Shown here: in pieces, positions 1 through 10,766 of the stretch
Layout: the number at the start of each line of letters is the position of its first letter
Numbering within the stretch: the first letter of the stretch is position 1
Virus record (IMG/VR): IMGVR_UViG_2506520037_000005
Span: 1-39,263 of that record
DNA from: a virus
Taxonomy: Duplodnaviria > Heunggongvirae > Uroviricota > Caudoviricetes
DNA: 39,263 bases
Direction: 5' to 3' (one strand)
Program-made: the position numbers and the translations under genes
The notes under the pieces: model-generated
Databases searched by the model: none
Told to the model about the DNA's origin: nothing
What the model saw: the letters and a program-made list of their open reading frames with translations, nothing else

Positions 1-258
1 ATGCAAACCGTTATTTTTGGTCGTTCGGGTTGCCCTTACTGTGTGCGTGCAAAAGATCTGGCTGAGAAATTGAGCAATGAACGCGATGATTTTCAGTATC
101 AGTATGTAGATATTCGTGCGGAAGGGATCACTAAAGAAGATCTACAACAAAAGGCAGGTAAACCCGTAGAAACCGTGCCGCAGATTTTTGTCGATCAGCA
201 ACATATCGGCGGCTATACCGATTTTGCTGCATGGGTGAAAGAAAATCTGGACGCCTGA
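1..258 (+). CDS. grxA: Glutaredoxin 1
   Basis: 85-aa ORF with CPYC active-site motif (GCPYCVRAK); sequence recognised from memory as E. coli GrxA; sits beside ybjM/ybjL as in E. coli. Confidence 0.9.
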   Translation: MQTVIFGRSGCPYCVRAKDLAEKLSNERDDFQYQYVDIRAEGITKEDLQQKAGKPVETVPQIFVDQQHIGGYTDFAAWVKENLDA

Positions 259-267
259 TCGTCTGAC

Positions 268-300
268 AAGCCCTCGCGTTGAGGGCTTTACTGATTTTTT
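268..300. terminator. Hairpin between convergent grxA and ybjM (aagccctc-loop-gagggctt, then T-rich)
   Basis: 8-bp inverted repeat seen directly; the T-run is not immediately adjacent, so the call is weak. Confidence 0.4.
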
Positions 301-665
301 CTGTGCTGTGGTTTAAACAAACTACTGATAAATAAGAAACACAGTGCCCCCAGCGCACACCAGAACACCGCGCTTAGTAACCATGCCAGCTCTTGCCAGA
401 ATGAGCGCGTCGGTGAAAAAAACAGCCGCATAATGAGCATTGAACAGGGTGCCGCCAGCATTGCGCCAAATAGAGGTTTCAGGACTTCTCTACGCTGTGA
501 AAAGAAGCTGGCGACTGCTCCAGGAAGAATGAAAAATAGCAAGCCGATTTCAGGATGCCCGGCAGCCCGAAAAGCGCCTTTCATGTGCGTCGCCAGAAAA
601 AGGCACACCACAATGAAGAGGACAAAACAGCAGATTGCCCCCGCCCAACGTTGTTTATGTTTCAC
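288..665 (-). CDS. ybjM: Inner membrane protein YbjM
   Basis: 125-aa hydrophobic ORF with several predicted TM segments; position between grxA and ybjL matches the E. coli locus. Confidence 0.75.
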   Translation of the reverse strand: MKHKQRWAGAICCFVLFIVVCLFLATHMKGAFRAAGHPEIGLLFFILPGAVASFFSQRREVLKPLFGAMLAAPCSMLIMRLFFSPTRSFWQELAWLLSAVFWCALGALCFLFISSLFKPQHRKNQ

Positions 666-934
666 TCGTTCCTCCTGACACTGCGTCTATCGAACACATT
701 TTTCGCCAGTGTGGCGTTCAGTAAGATAAAGCCGCTTCGCATTCCATGCTAATATAGGCCAACGCAATTCATATAGCCGTTGATACCTAATGTGATTACA
801 CTAGTAAAATATATTGTTACTTTACTATCGTTTAGGTGCGCTGAATGAATCTGCGCCCTGAATTCTGGTAAAAAACATTATCGTAAATTACCATTTCTTT
901 CAACAGCTTACTAGTAAACAAGAAGTTAGCCTCC

Positions 935-2620
935 GTGAATATAAACGTCGCCGAATTGTTAAATGGGAATTACATTCTGTTATTATTTGTGGTCCTCGCG
1001 CTTGGGCTATGTCTCGGAAAGTTACGACTTGGTTCGATCCAACTGGGTAATTCCATTGGCGTTTTAGTCGTATCGCTGTTATTAGGCCAACAACATTTCA
1101 GCATTAACACCGATGCGCTTAATCTTGGCTTTATGCTGTTTATTTTCTGCGTCGGGGTCGAAGCCGGACCGAACTTTTTTTCCATTTTTTTTCGCGATGG
1201 GAAAAATTACCTAATGTTAGCACTGGTGATGGTTGGCAGTGCGCTGGTGATCGCCTTAGGGTTAGGTAAGCTGTTTGGCTGGGATATTGGCCTGACGGCC
1301 GGTATGTTAGCAGGCTCTATGACGTCGACACCGGTTCTGGTCGGTGCTGGCGATACACTGCGTCATTCCGGCATGGAAAGCAGGCAGCTCTCACTGGCAC
1401 TGGATAATCTGAGCCTCGGGTATGCCTTAACCTATTTAATCGGTCTGGTGAGTTTGATTGTTGGTGCGCGTTACTTGCCGAAATTGCAGCATCAAGACTT
1501 ACAGACCAGCGCCCAGCAAATCGCCCGCGAACGTGGCCTGGACACTGATGCCAACCGTAAGGTTTATTTACCGGTGATCCGCGCCTATCGCGTCGGCCCG
1601 GAGCTGGTGGCCTGGACAGACGGCAAAAATCTGCGTGAACTGGGTATTTATCGACAAACCGGCTGCTACATTGAACGTATTCGACGTAACGGGATTCTGG
1701 CAAATCCAGACGGTGATGCCGTGCTACAAATGGGCGATGAAATAGCGTTGGTAGGCTATCCCGACGCCCATGCCCGACTCGATCCCAGCTTCCGTAACGG
1801 TAAAGAAGTTTTCGATCGTGACCTTCTCGACATGCGTATCGTCACTGAAGAAGTGGTCGTTAAAAACCATAACGCTGTAGGTAAGCGTCTCGCACAACTG
1901 AAGTTGACCGATCACGGTTGCTTCCTTAACCGCGTCATTCGTAGCCAGATTGAGATGCCGATAGATGACAACGTCGTGCTTAACAAAGGTGACGTTTTAC
2001 AAGTCAGCGGTGATGCCCGTCGCGTAAAAACCATCGCCGATCGCATCGGCTTTATCTCGATTCACAGCCAGGTCACTGACCTGCTGGCATTTTGCGCCTT
2101 CTTTGTTATTGGGCTGATGATCGGGATGATCACCTTCCAGTTCAGCACATTCAGTTTCGGCATGGGGAACGCTGCCGGGTTGTTATTCGCCGGAATTATG
2201 CTGGGCTTTATGCGTGCTAACCACCCGACCTTCGGTTACATTCCGCAAGGTGCATTAAGCATGGTGAAAGAGTTCGGCTTGATGGTGTTTATGGCAGGCG
2301 TTGGTCTGAGCGCCGGTAGCGGTATTAATAACGGCCTGGGCGCGATTGGCGGTCAGATGTTGATTGCCGGATTAATTGTCAGTCTTGTGCCCGTGGTTAT
2401 CTGTTTCTTGTTCGGTGCTTATGTATTGCGAATGAACCGCGCACTGTTGTTCGGCGCAATGATGGGCGCACGCACCTGCGCGCCGGCAATGGAGATCATC
2501 AGTGATACAGCTCGCAGTAACATCCCGGCGCTGGGCTATGCGGGCACCTATGCAATCGCCAACGTCCTGCTGACGCTGGCAGGGACAATCATCGTCATGG
2601 TATGGCCAGGATTAGGATAA
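935..2620 (+). CDS. ybjL: Putative transporter YbjL (AAE family, two TM domains flanking TrkA-C-like domains)
   Basis: 561-aa ORF with hydrophobic N- and C-terminal blocks and a soluble central region; recognised as E. coli YbjL; probable GTG start. Confidence 0.85.
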
Positions 2621-2732
2621 AACTGAAGTTGCCCTGAAAATGAAATTTTTTTGCACAACCGCAGAACTTTTCCGCAGGGCATCAGTCTTAATTAGTGCCA
2701 CTGCTTTTCTTTGATGTCCCCATTTTGTGGAG

Positions 2733-2776
2733 CCCATCAACCCCGCCATTTCGGTTCAAGGTTGATGGGTTTTTTG
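2733..2776 (+). terminator. Rho-independent terminator downstream of ybjL
   Basis: Perfect 10-bp inverted repeat cccatcaacc / ggttgatggg followed by TTTTTT. Confidence 0.6.
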
Positions 2777-2855
2777 TTGCCTGAAATTTAAGATGTTTAA
2801 AATCATGATGTTAGAAGCACTGTTTTTTAACGATGGCGACAAAATGGCGGCAGCG

Positions 2856-3074
2856 TCAAAGAGAGAGCGCCACCTGTCCTGATTTCATTGGATGCGGCTG
2901 AACTGGATTCGACTCTTTTGGTGTTGCAATCGAACGAACAAAAGTTTCATGGGTAACAAAAGTATGGCTGCAGTTAATGTTCTGGCACTGGTTATAACGC
3001 TCTTTGGTCAATGAAGATACCTGAAAACTGCTGCGAGTATGGGCGGCACTTCCACACAGTGGGCAAATCATCAT
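2856..3074 (-). CDS. ogr: Ogr/Delta-type zinc-finger late-gene transcription activator
   Basis: 72 aa from internal ATG (MMICPLCGSAAH...CQNINC); CxxC-N-CxxxxC zinc-finger pattern and position next to D as in P2. The longer ORF-track start is probably not used. Confidence 0.8.
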   Translation of the reverse strand: MMICPLCGSAAHTRSSFQVSSLTKERYNQCQNINCSHTFVTHETFVRSIATPKESNPVQPHPMKSGQVALSL

Positions 3075-3164
3075 TTTTCGAGTTCTCCCCATTTTTGCTA
3101 AATTCACAACAATGATACCGTATTATTCCATTTTGCAAACTTAAAAGTTCTCCATTGCGAAGAA

Positions 3165-4265
3165 TCATTCCATTTCGAAATCATCAATCCTCACTTCAAG
3201 CTCCAGACTGGTCGTAAAACCGTTATCCGGGTTGACGGTATGTGTCAGGGTGGTAATGGTCCATTCCGCATCATCTATCGGCTGTTTAAAGCCGCTGACC
3301 TTCACAGGCATTTCCGTGTAGAGATCCGCCCGACCTTCCGCCAGTTGTAGCGAGAATGACGCAACACCGCGTTGCAGGCGTTCCCACTGCATTTTCGCTG
3401 CCCGTTCGGCGTTACTCCGATTAGCATAGGTGCGATTAAGTACCAGCACGTTTTCATCCGTCCCCACCAGGTAATCGCCCTGCTTCGCTTCCGGCTCTTT
3501 CTTCTGCTTCTTAGTCCTGCGCTTACGCTTCACCGTGGTGCTTTCTTTCTTCGCGGGTTCGCGGGTATGCAACCAGCTGGCAATTACACCCGTGTAAGCT
3601 CCGCGATCCGCCAGGGTAAAGCGGTGACTGTCGCCGTCCTTACGTGTGATAGTGATCACCGGTAGTGGTTTACCGCTGGCGCTTTTACCCTGTCCCTGCC
3701 GGATGAATAACAGATTGCCATTTTTCACCGACGCAATAGCACCGTACTGTCGCGCCAGCCGCATCAGAAAACTGCCGTCACTCTCATTAGTCTGGTCTAT
3801 ATGCTCCACGGGCTTATCCGACAGGTCTTTACCCAGTGCCATCTTCAGCTTGTGCCGCGCGGCTATTTCCTTCACCACTTCCCCGATGGTGGTGTTATGC
3901 CACGATTTTTCACGGCGGGTATTCAGCGTTTCACGAAAATCAGCACTTCGCGCCCGGATAGTCAGGCGGTCCGGTGCGCCAGTGTGTTCAATCTCGTCCA
4001 CCGTGAATGCCCCTTTCGGGAAAAGCGGCAGCCCCTTCCAGCCCAGCGCCAGCGTAATGACCGCACCACGGCGCGGCAGCACGATTTTTCCGTCGGCGTC
4101 GTCCAGCTCCAGATCAAGCTGGTCCGCTTCAAAGCCCCGATTGTCCGTCAGCGTCAAACTCATCAGGCGGTTATCCAGCACAGTGGTGATATCCCTGCCC
4201 TCAATACTGATGCTGAATGCGGGAGTTTTGTTGCCTTTGTTAAGCACTTCAGAGCTGAAATTCAC
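3165..4265 (-). CDS. D: Tail protein D (late control gene D)
   Basis: 366-aa ORF; position and similarity to P2 gpD as recalled; overlaps U stop/start. Confidence 0.85.
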   Translation of the reverse strand: MNFSSEVLNKGNKTPAFSISIEGRDITTVLDNRLMSLTLTDNRGFEADQLDLELDDADGKIVLPRRGAVITLALGWKGLPLFPKGAFTVDEIEHTGAPDRLTIRARSADFRETLNTRREKSWHNTTIGEVVKEIAARHKLKMALGKDLSDKPVEHIDQTNESDGSFLMRLARQYGAIASVKNGNLLFIRQGQGKSASGKPLPVITITRKDGDSHRFTLADRGAYTGVIASWLHTREPAKKESTTVKRKRRTKKQKKEPEAKQGDYLVGTDENVLVLNRTYANRSNAERAAKMQWERLQRGVASFSLQLAEGRADLYTEMPVKVSGFKQPIDDAEWTITTLTHTVNPDNGFTTSLELEVRIDDFEME

Positions 4266-4747
4266 GGCAGCAGCCCTCCCACCGTTTTACTGATATCGCT
4301 TAAGGCAGACGTTGCCGTGTCCTGCAGATTATTCAGTTGCGCACTGAGATCACCGAACATATCGGACAGGGATTCATCCACCCGTTTGAGCGACAGGGTG
4401 AACTCAATCCGGCGCGGCATACCGTCGCGGAAAAACTCCGTTTTAGTCTGATTCAGTCCCTCAATCACATACATGCCGTAAATCGTGCCGCTGCCTTCAA
4501 TCAGGGGCCATGCTTTTCCCTGTTCTGCCATCTGCTCCAGAGCCAGCAACGACAGCCTGCCGCCCGTTATCTCCGGCATAAGAACACCAGAAAGCGTCAG
4601 CATGTCGTTGTCCGGTCCCAGAAACTGCGTGGACGGACGACGGTTTACCCGGCTGTTTGCCGCATGTCGCCAGCTGCGTTGATACTGCAGTTCCTGATAC
4701 GGAACGGTGCGCAGCATAAACACGTACAATCCCAGCACCATCATCAT
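4262..4747 (-). CDS. U: Tail protein U
   Basis: 161-aa ORF in the P2 gpU position with 4-bp overlap to D. Confidence 0.8.
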   Translation of the reverse strand: MMMVLGLYVFMLRTVPYQELQYQRSWRHAANSRVNRRPSTQFLGPDNDMLTLSGVLMPEITGGRLSLLALEQMAEQGKAWPLIEGSGTIYGMYVIEGLNQTKTEFFRDGMPRRIEFTLSLKRVDESLSDMFGDLSAQLNNLQDTATSALSDISKTVGGLLP

Positions 4748-7700
4748 GCGTCGTATCCCCCCTGATCGCTGTAGTTACTCCTGGCTTTTGCCTTCAGCCT
4801 GCGTTCACGTTCATCAAGCTGGCGTGCCACCTCCCGCGCAATATCCTGCGCACTTTGTCCTGGCTGCGTCTGAATGATGATCTGCGTCGGTGCCTCAATC
4901 CGGTGAACGGGCGGCACAGTGGCTGCACGACTCACCATCGCTTCGCCGCCTTTCGCGGGAAGTGCCAAAGGATGCAACGGTGGAAGCTCTGCAGGCGCGG
5001 CAGCAACGCCCATCATTCCGGCAACAACGGCAGCCAGTGCAGCTGTATTTCTCCGGCTGGTCACATTTGCCGGGCCGTTAACAATTTCCGGCCCGTTTTC
5101 ACCGACGATGCCAAACTGCCCGCGCGGGATATAGCCGCCGCTGTCATACATCCCCGCAAAGCCATATCCCCATGATGGAAAACCACCCGATGGCATCATC
5201 ACTTTACCGTCTGCATTCACCGTCGCAGGTTGCTGACGCGTCACGCTTTCCGGCAGTTTCGCCTTTGCAGCCTCTTTACTGACAATGCCGAGTTTCTCCA
5301 GCAACCAGGAAACGCCGGATTTCAGGGAGTCCAGCGGATGCATGACCATATTCAGCCCTTCCGCCAGTGCCTCCCCGAATCGTCGCCCCATTGCCGCTGC
5401 GCTCTGCAGTTCGGCAGAGGTCGACTTAACGGGCGTCAGCAGATCAGTAAACCAGCCCCACAACGCCTGCACTTTGTCGCCAATCCACTGAAACACAGGC
5501 TTAAGTGGTTCGAATGCTGCACTGATGGGACCTGCCGCCGCTTTGAATCCTTCCACCACACCAGCGAGAAATGCGGTGATGGGTTGCCAGTATTTCCAGA
5601 CAACCAGCGCCACGCCCGCCAGTGCAGTAACCACAAGACCTATCGGACTGAGCAGAGCACCTAACAGACCAGATACGGCATACAGAGCAACGCGCAGCAT
5701 CGCCAGCGGACCGGATGCCAGTACTCGCAGCACCGCGCCTGCGGCAGCCAGTCCACCGCGTAGTGCTGCCAGTGGATTCATAAACATCACAGCAACAGCA
5801 CGTAAACCGGATAATCCAGACCGCAACAGTGCAACCGGCACACCTGCTACAGTTTTCAGGACATTCCCCGTCAGTGATGCCGTGCGGCGCAAAGACGACA
5901 ACGGCGCAGTAAGTAAACCCGCTGCGTTGCCCGATGAAGCAAGCCCGCGTCGCAGCAGTGCCAGTGGAGCGCCAGCTAACCAGGACAACGCGCTGCTGGT
6001 TCGTGTTACTGCTGCCGTAACGGAAGGTAACGTTTTGATACCCAGCACAGAGAATCCCAGACGGATGACTGCCAGCGGTCCCAGCACTGCAGCCAGCGCC
6101 ACCGCTAAGGTGCCGAGGCCTACGGTAACCGCAGCCACAACAGCCGCTACTTTCATCAGTGTGCCTGTCAGTTCCGGGTTAGCTTCCACCCAGCGGCGCA
6201 ACGCCCCCGTGATGCTTTTCACCGTGTACAGAATATCCATCAGCGGCTGGCGCAGCGTTTCGCCCAGGCTGCTGAAGGTATTCTGCGCTCCGGTTTTAAC
6301 CAGCAACCACTGAGCAGAAAGTGAGTCCTTGTTGATGTCGGATTCTTTCTGCATGGAGCCGAGCGCATCATTGCCCGCTGACAGTTTTAGCTGGCGCTGT
6401 AGTTCCGGCAGGTTGTTTGCCAGTTTCGCCGCGTCATCGCCAAACTCTTTACCAAACAACATGGTCATGGCAGACAGACGCTTGTCCTGCGGCAGTGCGT
6501 TCACCTTCTCCAGCACGCGCTGGATGGTTCCCATCGCATCCTTCGTCATCTGCTTTTCAATCACTTCAGGATTGAGTTTCAGCAGATTCATCCCTTCAAA
6601 GAAACTCTTGCTTTGCATGGTGGCAATGGACAATTCACGCACCATCGCGTTTGCTGCACTGGCTGCAACCTCCGGCGCAGCGCCCAGTGTCAGGAAGGTG
6701 GAACCCAGCGCCGCCGCTTTACGATAATCCAGACGGTCAGCCACACCGCCCAGGCGTTGCATCACATCAATGATGTCCCCCCCTTTCGACATGGCGTTAT
6801 CATCCAGATAGTTCAGCGCATCACCGAGCTGTTCAATATTGCGGGTAGGGATTTTGTAAAGCTGGGCGATTTTCCCCAGACTTTCTGACAGTTCATCCGC
6901 TGGCAGCTCAAAGGCTGTTGCCGCCTTTGCTGCCGTGCTGGCGAAGGCCAGCAGGTCACGTTTCTGGTCTTCCCAGCTGTCGTCAGGGTTTGCGACGTTC
7001 ATGCGCGCACCACCTTCAACCAGTGCGGCGAAGTCCACAGCACCGTTTTCCATCGGCAACTGTTCGCTGGCAGCCTTGATGGCATCCTGCATTTCATAAA
7101 AACGTGCAGTACGGTTTCCATTATCGTCACGCAGACCATTGACCTGCTTTGCCACACCTTTCATGGCATCTTCCATGCTGGTATAGCTTTTTACTGCCGC
7201 CATCACTGGCGTCCCCATTGCCAGCCCTGCAGCCGTGGTAGTGGCTCCAGCTCCTGCAATACGATCGCGCACCTCCAGCGAACGGGCATAACTGGCACGC
7301 GCTGCATTCATCCTGCGCTGAGCTTCCCCCAGTCTCTTCAGCCGCGCCTCCTGTTTCGACAGTTCCTGGTTATAACGTGATGTTTCACGGGCTAAACGGG
7401 CAGTTGCTCCCGCATCATCTTTCGCAGAAATTCCCGCCCGGTACAGTTCTGCACGCACAAGCGCCGTTTGCTTCTGCAAATATTTTTGTTGTTCTTCCAG
7501 GCGTTGGACTGCCAGCGTTTGCCGACCTAAAGCCACAAGATGCCTTTGTGATGGTTGTTCCATCGCCTCCAGCTCAGAGCTAAGCAAATTAGCCTTCTGT
7601 CTGGCATAGTTCAGCCTGTCGCCTAACTTCTTGTTATCGGCCTGCAGCTTGCGAAATTTTTCCAGGCTGTTACCCGCCTGATTGAGTTGCTTTAATGCGT

Positions 7701-7821
7701 CACGGGAGTTTCTGATTGCGCCAGCCAGCTCTTTCGAACTGGCCTGTGCAGCACGGAATGGGCGGGTGAGTTTGTCAACCGCATTAAGAATGACCTGCAG
7801 CCGCAGGTTATTATCACTCAT
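4744..7821 (-). CDS. T: Tail tape measure protein T
   Basis: 1025-aa ORF, Ala/Gly-rich with coiled-coil N-terminus and hydrophobic central region; position between E and U. Confidence 0.85.
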   Translation of the reverse strand: MSDNNLRLQVILNAVDKLTRPFRAAQASSKELAGAIRNSRDALKQLNQAGNSLEKFRKLQADNKKLGDRLNYARQKANLLSSELEAMEQPSQRHLVALGRQTLAVQRLEEQQKYLQKQTALVRAELYRAGISAKDDAGATARLARETSRYNQELSKQEARLKRLGEAQRRMNAARASYARSLEVRDRIAGAGATTTAAGLAMGTPVMAAVKSYTSMEDAMKGVAKQVNGLRDDNGNRTARFYEMQDAIKAASEQLPMENGAVDFAALVEGGARMNVANPDDSWEDQKRDLLAFASTAAKAATAFELPADELSESLGKIAQLYKIPTRNIEQLGDALNYLDDNAMSKGGDIIDVMQRLGGVADRLDYRKAAALGSTFLTLGAAPEVAASAANAMVRELSIATMQSKSFFEGMNLLKLNPEVIEKQMTKDAMGTIQRVLEKVNALPQDKRLSAMTMLFGKEFGDDAAKLANNLPELQRQLKLSAGNDALGSMQKESDINKDSLSAQWLLVKTGAQNTFSSLGETLRQPLMDILYTVKSITGALRRWVEANPELTGTLMKVAAVVAAVTVGLGTLAVALAAVLGPLAVIRLGFSVLGIKTLPSVTAAVTRTSSALSWLAGAPLALLRRGLASSGNAAGLLTAPLSSLRRTASLTGNVLKTVAGVPVALLRSGLSGLRAVAVMFMNPLAALRGGLAAAGAVLRVLASGPLAMLRVALYAVSGLLGALLSPIGLVVTALAGVALVVWKYWQPITAFLAGVVEGFKAAAGPISAAFEPLKPVFQWIGDKVQALWGWFTDLLTPVKSTSAELQSAAAMGRRFGEALAEGLNMVMHPLDSLKSGVSWLLEKLGIVSKEAAKAKLPESVTRQQPATVNADGKVMMPSGGFPSWGYGFAGMYDSGGYIPRGQFGIVGENGPEIVNGPANVTSRRNTAALAAVVAGMMGVAAAPAELPPLHPLALPAKGGEAMVSRAATVPPVHRIEAPTQIIIQTQPGQSAQDIAREVARQLDERERRLKAKARSNYSDQGGYDA

Positions 7822-8250
7822 CGTTGGCCCCGCTTCTCTGAATCGCTTTATACCGCCATTCCAGCACTTCGGTCAGCGGCATAACGTCAGTAACGGATGG
7901 CGGCCAGTGAAAAATGGTGGCGATATCTGCCACCAGATCGTCAACCGTCAGGCTGTCGGTAAACCGGCAAGCACCGACTTCTTCAACAAAAAAGTGACAA
8001 CCTCAACCGACATGGCAGTGAGATCTGCCGGGTCCATCTCTGCAATTTCCTGTGCAGTCAGTGCCGGACTGGAGATGCGGGGGATCACGGTCATCATCGC
8101 GTTCACATCCATATCCATAATGGCCTGCAGGCGTGTACCGCGCAGCGCACCGGACTGCGGTTTACGCAGCACAATTTCGGTGATTTCTGTTTTACCGCGC
8201 TTGATGGGGGTATCCAGTTGAATGGTCTTTTCAGTCTGCTTATCACTCAT
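7814..8250 (-). CDS. E': E+E' tail chaperone produced by programmed -1 frameshift
   Basis: Slippery heptamer T_TTT_TTG near the 3' end of E (minus strand, about 7987-7993); the -1 frame stays open for 56 codons and stops at a TGA overlapping the T start (ATGAGTGA). I translated this by hand. Confidence 0.7.
7948..8250 (-). CDS. E: Tail assembly chaperone E
   Basis: 100-aa ORF upstream of T in the P2 gpE position. Confidence 0.8.
   Translation of the reverse strand: MSDKQTEKTIQLDTPIKRGKTEITEIVLRKPQSGALRGTRLQAIMDMDVNAMMTVIPRISSPALTAQEIAEMDPADLTAMSVEVVTFLLKKSVLAGLPTA
7987..7993 (-). other. Slippery site TTTTTTG for the E/E' -1 ribosomal frameshift
   Basis: Six T then G on the coding strand, in frame as ACT-TTT-TTG in the E reading frame. 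Confidence 0.65.
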
Positions 8251-8304
8251 TTTGCTGTCCTGTAAATTGGGTTCTGGCGCGGTATCCCGCGCCGTTCAGA
8301 TATA

Positions 8305-8820
8305 TCAGAGGCCGAGGGCGTTGCGGTGCGCTTCCATCAGGTCCATACCGTCCACAATTTCCACCATGTTGATAAGGTCCACTTCATAGAGCACCTCACC
8401 ATTGATGGTCAGCTTCGCGTAGCTGTTGGTACTGGTCACTTTGGTGGTGTTGCTTTCGCCCGTCTTCCACTCGCCGGAATCCACTTCTTTGTGACGTCCA
8501 CGCACCACAAGCTCCACGGCCTGCACTTCTCCGGTATCGTCACGCTGGATAGAGCCGGTAAAGCGCAACTGGATGCCATCCACCGTGGCTTTGCCCATCT
8601 GCTTAAACAGCAGCAGTTCAGTACCACCAATGGAAAATTCTGTGTCCAGCGCACTGTCATCAAGCCCCAGATCCACATCAACTGCACCAGGCATTCCGCC
8701 GCCGCGATACTTCTCATATTTGCGGGTGAATTTCGGCAGCGTCAGCGACTCTACGATCCCCTGCCAGTTGTTCCCGTCGTTAAACAGGTTCAGATGTTTT
8801 AATTTGCGTGGTAAAGCCAT
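8305..8820 (-). CDS. FII: Tail tube protein FII
   Basis: 171-aa ORF directly downstream of FI; P2 gpFII size and position. Confidence 0.85.
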   Translation of the reverse strand: MALPRKLKHLNLFNDGNNWQGIVESLTLPKFTRKYEKYRGGGMPGAVDVDLGLDDSALDTEFSIGGTELLLFKQMGKATVDGIQLRFTGSIQRDDTGEVQAVELVVRGRHKEVDSGEWKTGESNTTKVTSTNSYAKLTINGEVLYEVDLINMVEIVDGMDLMEAHRNALGL

Positions 8821-8829
8821 GTTGTCCCC

Positions 8830-10002
8830 TTACGCGCTGACCTGGCTGGCGAAATTCACCAGGTACTGATCGGTGATGCGCTGGCGCAGCATCAGATTTT
8901 CAAGTGGCGGCACTGGCGTGTAGTCATAGTCGATGGTGAGTTTTCCGGCTTTCAGCGTGTCTTTGTCGTTCACCGACTCATCCAGCCAGCAATCACCACC
9001 AATGAGATAGCCCTGACTGACCAGGCTGCGCATTTTGGCGCGGATACCTTCGATAATGTCGCGGGCCAGCGACGGGTTAAGCGGTTTATCCACCGCCCAC
9101 ATGTGTGCTTCTGCCATCGTGTCCATCAGCACCTGCGCCGTGCGGGTGTAGTTTTCGAAGGCAAAGAGCGGGTCATCACTCAGGCAGCGGGAACCCCAGA
9201 AGCGGAACCCGTCTTTACGCACAAGCGTGGTGACGTCGTTCTGGTTCAGCAGACCTGCATCGGTTGCCGGGTCCTGCAGATCCCAGAACACATCTGCAGA
9301 AATTCCGGTGACACCGTTCACGCCCACGTTGGACAGGCTTTTGTGCCATCCGGTCTGCTCGTCAATTTTGGCGCGCAGACCAAGCGCACGGGCGGTGGCA
9401 TATGCCGTTGCTTCGGCATTCAGCACCGTGTCCCAGCCAGTAAAGTCAGGCCAGATCAGCATCCCTTCGCGCTGGCTGAAGTTTTCACGGTAAGTGATCG
9501 CCTCCTGTACCGTCTTGCAGCCATACGCTGACAGGTAAGCAAACCCACGCAGGCTTTGCGCCACGCTCAGCAACTCAGTAGCTACCGCCTTGGTGTCGTG
9601 GCCTGGCACGCCGAGAATGCGCGGTTTAACGCCGAGCTGTGACTGGGCAGATAACAGGGCTTTCATACCTGTTTTTTTACCTTCAGCAGTCACTGCGCCG
9701 ATGATATTGGTCGTGGTTTCGTCTTCCGTTTCACCCTGCGGCACACGCACAACAACGGTCACGGGTTTTGCCTGGTCAGCGATGGCATCCAGCGAACGGG
9801 CCAGCGTGCCGGACTCACCCGCTTTACCGCTGGCAGTCAGCACATCAGTGATCAGCACGGGTTGATTAAGAGGAAACATTTTTGCATCGGCATCATCGCC
9901 CGTGCAGACCATACCCACGATGGCGGTGCTCACCGTGGTAATGGATCGGGTGCCTTCGTTGACTTCAACAACGCGCACCCCGTGGTGGTAATCCTGAGCC
10001 AT
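8830..10002 (-). CDS. FI: Tail sheath protein FI
   Basis: 390-aa ORF; P2 gpFI size and position; first gene of the F operon. Confidence 0.85.
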   Translation of the reverse strand: MAQDYHHGVRVVEVNEGTRSITTVSTAIVGMVCTGDDADAKMFPLNQPVLITDVLTASGKAGESGTLARSLDAIADQAKPVTVVVRVPQGETEDETTTNIIGAVTAEGKKTGMKALLSAQSQLGVKPRILGVPGHDTKAVATELLSVAQSLRGFAYLSAYGCKTVQEAITYRENFSQREGMLIWPDFTGWDTVLNAEATAYATARALGLRAKIDEQTGWHKSLSNVGVNGVTGISADVFWDLQDPATDAGLLNQNDVTTLVRKDGFRFWGSRCLSDDPLFAFENYTRTAQVLMDTMAEAHMWAVDKPLNPSLARDIIEGIRAKMRSLVSQGYLIGGDCWLDESVNDKDTLKAGKLTIDYDYTPVPPLENLMLRQRITDQYLVNFASQVSA

Positions 10003-10078
10003 AGTGGCGAACCTCCTGATTGGATTAGGCTTCGCCCTATGTTGAAGTGATTGTGCCTGACAAACAGCTAAGCGCAGT

Positions 10079-10096
10079 TGTACCGTTATTCACACA
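10079..10096. promoter_or_regulatory. Candidate Ogr-binding dyad (TGT-N12-ACA) of late promoter PF
   Basis: TTGTACCGTTATTCACACAAA, centred about 85 bp upstream of the FI start codon; extended similarity to the dyad in the O/P intergenic region. Confidence 0.55.
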
Positions 10097-10144
10097 AAAT
10101 GACGGTATTTGTCTACTTGCAGGGATAATCAAAATAATGCTGAT

Positions 10145-10711
10145 TCAGGGGGATTCATTACTCTTATTTGCCGGAAATTTTCTATAAATTGTGGAAACAC
10201 CCACATCAAAAATCAGTGCAATACGCTGTCTTGATTCTCCGGCCTCGAGTAAGCGTCCAATCTGTGCCCACTGTTCGGTGGTCAACTTAGGACGGCGTCC
10301 ACCTACTCTGCCTTTGGCGCGAGCTGCAGCAAGCCCCGCCCTGGTACGTTCAACTATCAGTTCGCGTTCCATTTCAGCCAGGGCACCCATGACATGAAAA
10401 AAGAAACGGCCCATTGGGGTACTGGTATCAATACTGTCAGTCAGGCTTCGGAAATTCACACCTCGCTGGCGCAACTCTTCTATCAACGTAACAAGATGCC
10501 GCATACTGCGCCCCAACCTGTCCAGCTTCCAGACAACCAAAGTGTCACCTGCCGATAATGTCCTGAGCAGTTTTTTCAGTCCCGGTCTGTCGGACTTAGT
10601 GCCACTGATTTTGTCCTCAAAAATCCGCTCACATCCCGCGCAGTTCAGCGCATTACGTTGCAAATCGGTGTTCTGGTCATTTGTTGACACGCGTACATAG
10701 CCAATAAGCAT
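10145..10711 (-). CDS. Serine DNA invertase (Gin/Hin/Pin/Cin family)
   Basis: MLIGYVRVSTNDQNTDLQRNAL... with catalytic-serine motif and C-terminal HTH; near-collinear with Mu Gin as recalled. Real start is probably the ATG giving MLIGY (188 aa). Confidence 0.9.
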   Translation of the reverse strand: MLIGYVRVSTNDQNTDLQRNALNCAGCERIFEDKISGTKSDRPGLKKLLRTLSAGDTLVVWKLDRLGRSMRHLVTLIEELRQRGVNFRSLTDSIDTSTPMGRFFFHVMGALAEMERELIVERTRAGLAAARAKGRVGGRRPKLTTEQWAQIGRLLEAGESRQRIALIFDVGVSTIYRKFPANKSNESP

Positions 10712-10766
10712 GATCAATCCCCTGAATAAAAACCGGGGATGATGCCAGTTAGCCGTTATCTCTGCA

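Noticed and set aside
433-752. Two plus-strand ORFs overlapping ybjM.
   Set aside because: Antisense to a recognisable membrane protein gene, with no start context.
4855-7583. Numerous plus-strand ORFs of 60-260 aa antisense to tape-measure gene T, and similar ones opposite D, U, H, I, J, N and A.
   Set aside because: They lie entirely within long, well-supported minus-strand genes in GC-rich sequence, have no ribosome-binding sites and have low-complexity Ala/Arg/Pro-rich translations typical of antisense artefacts.
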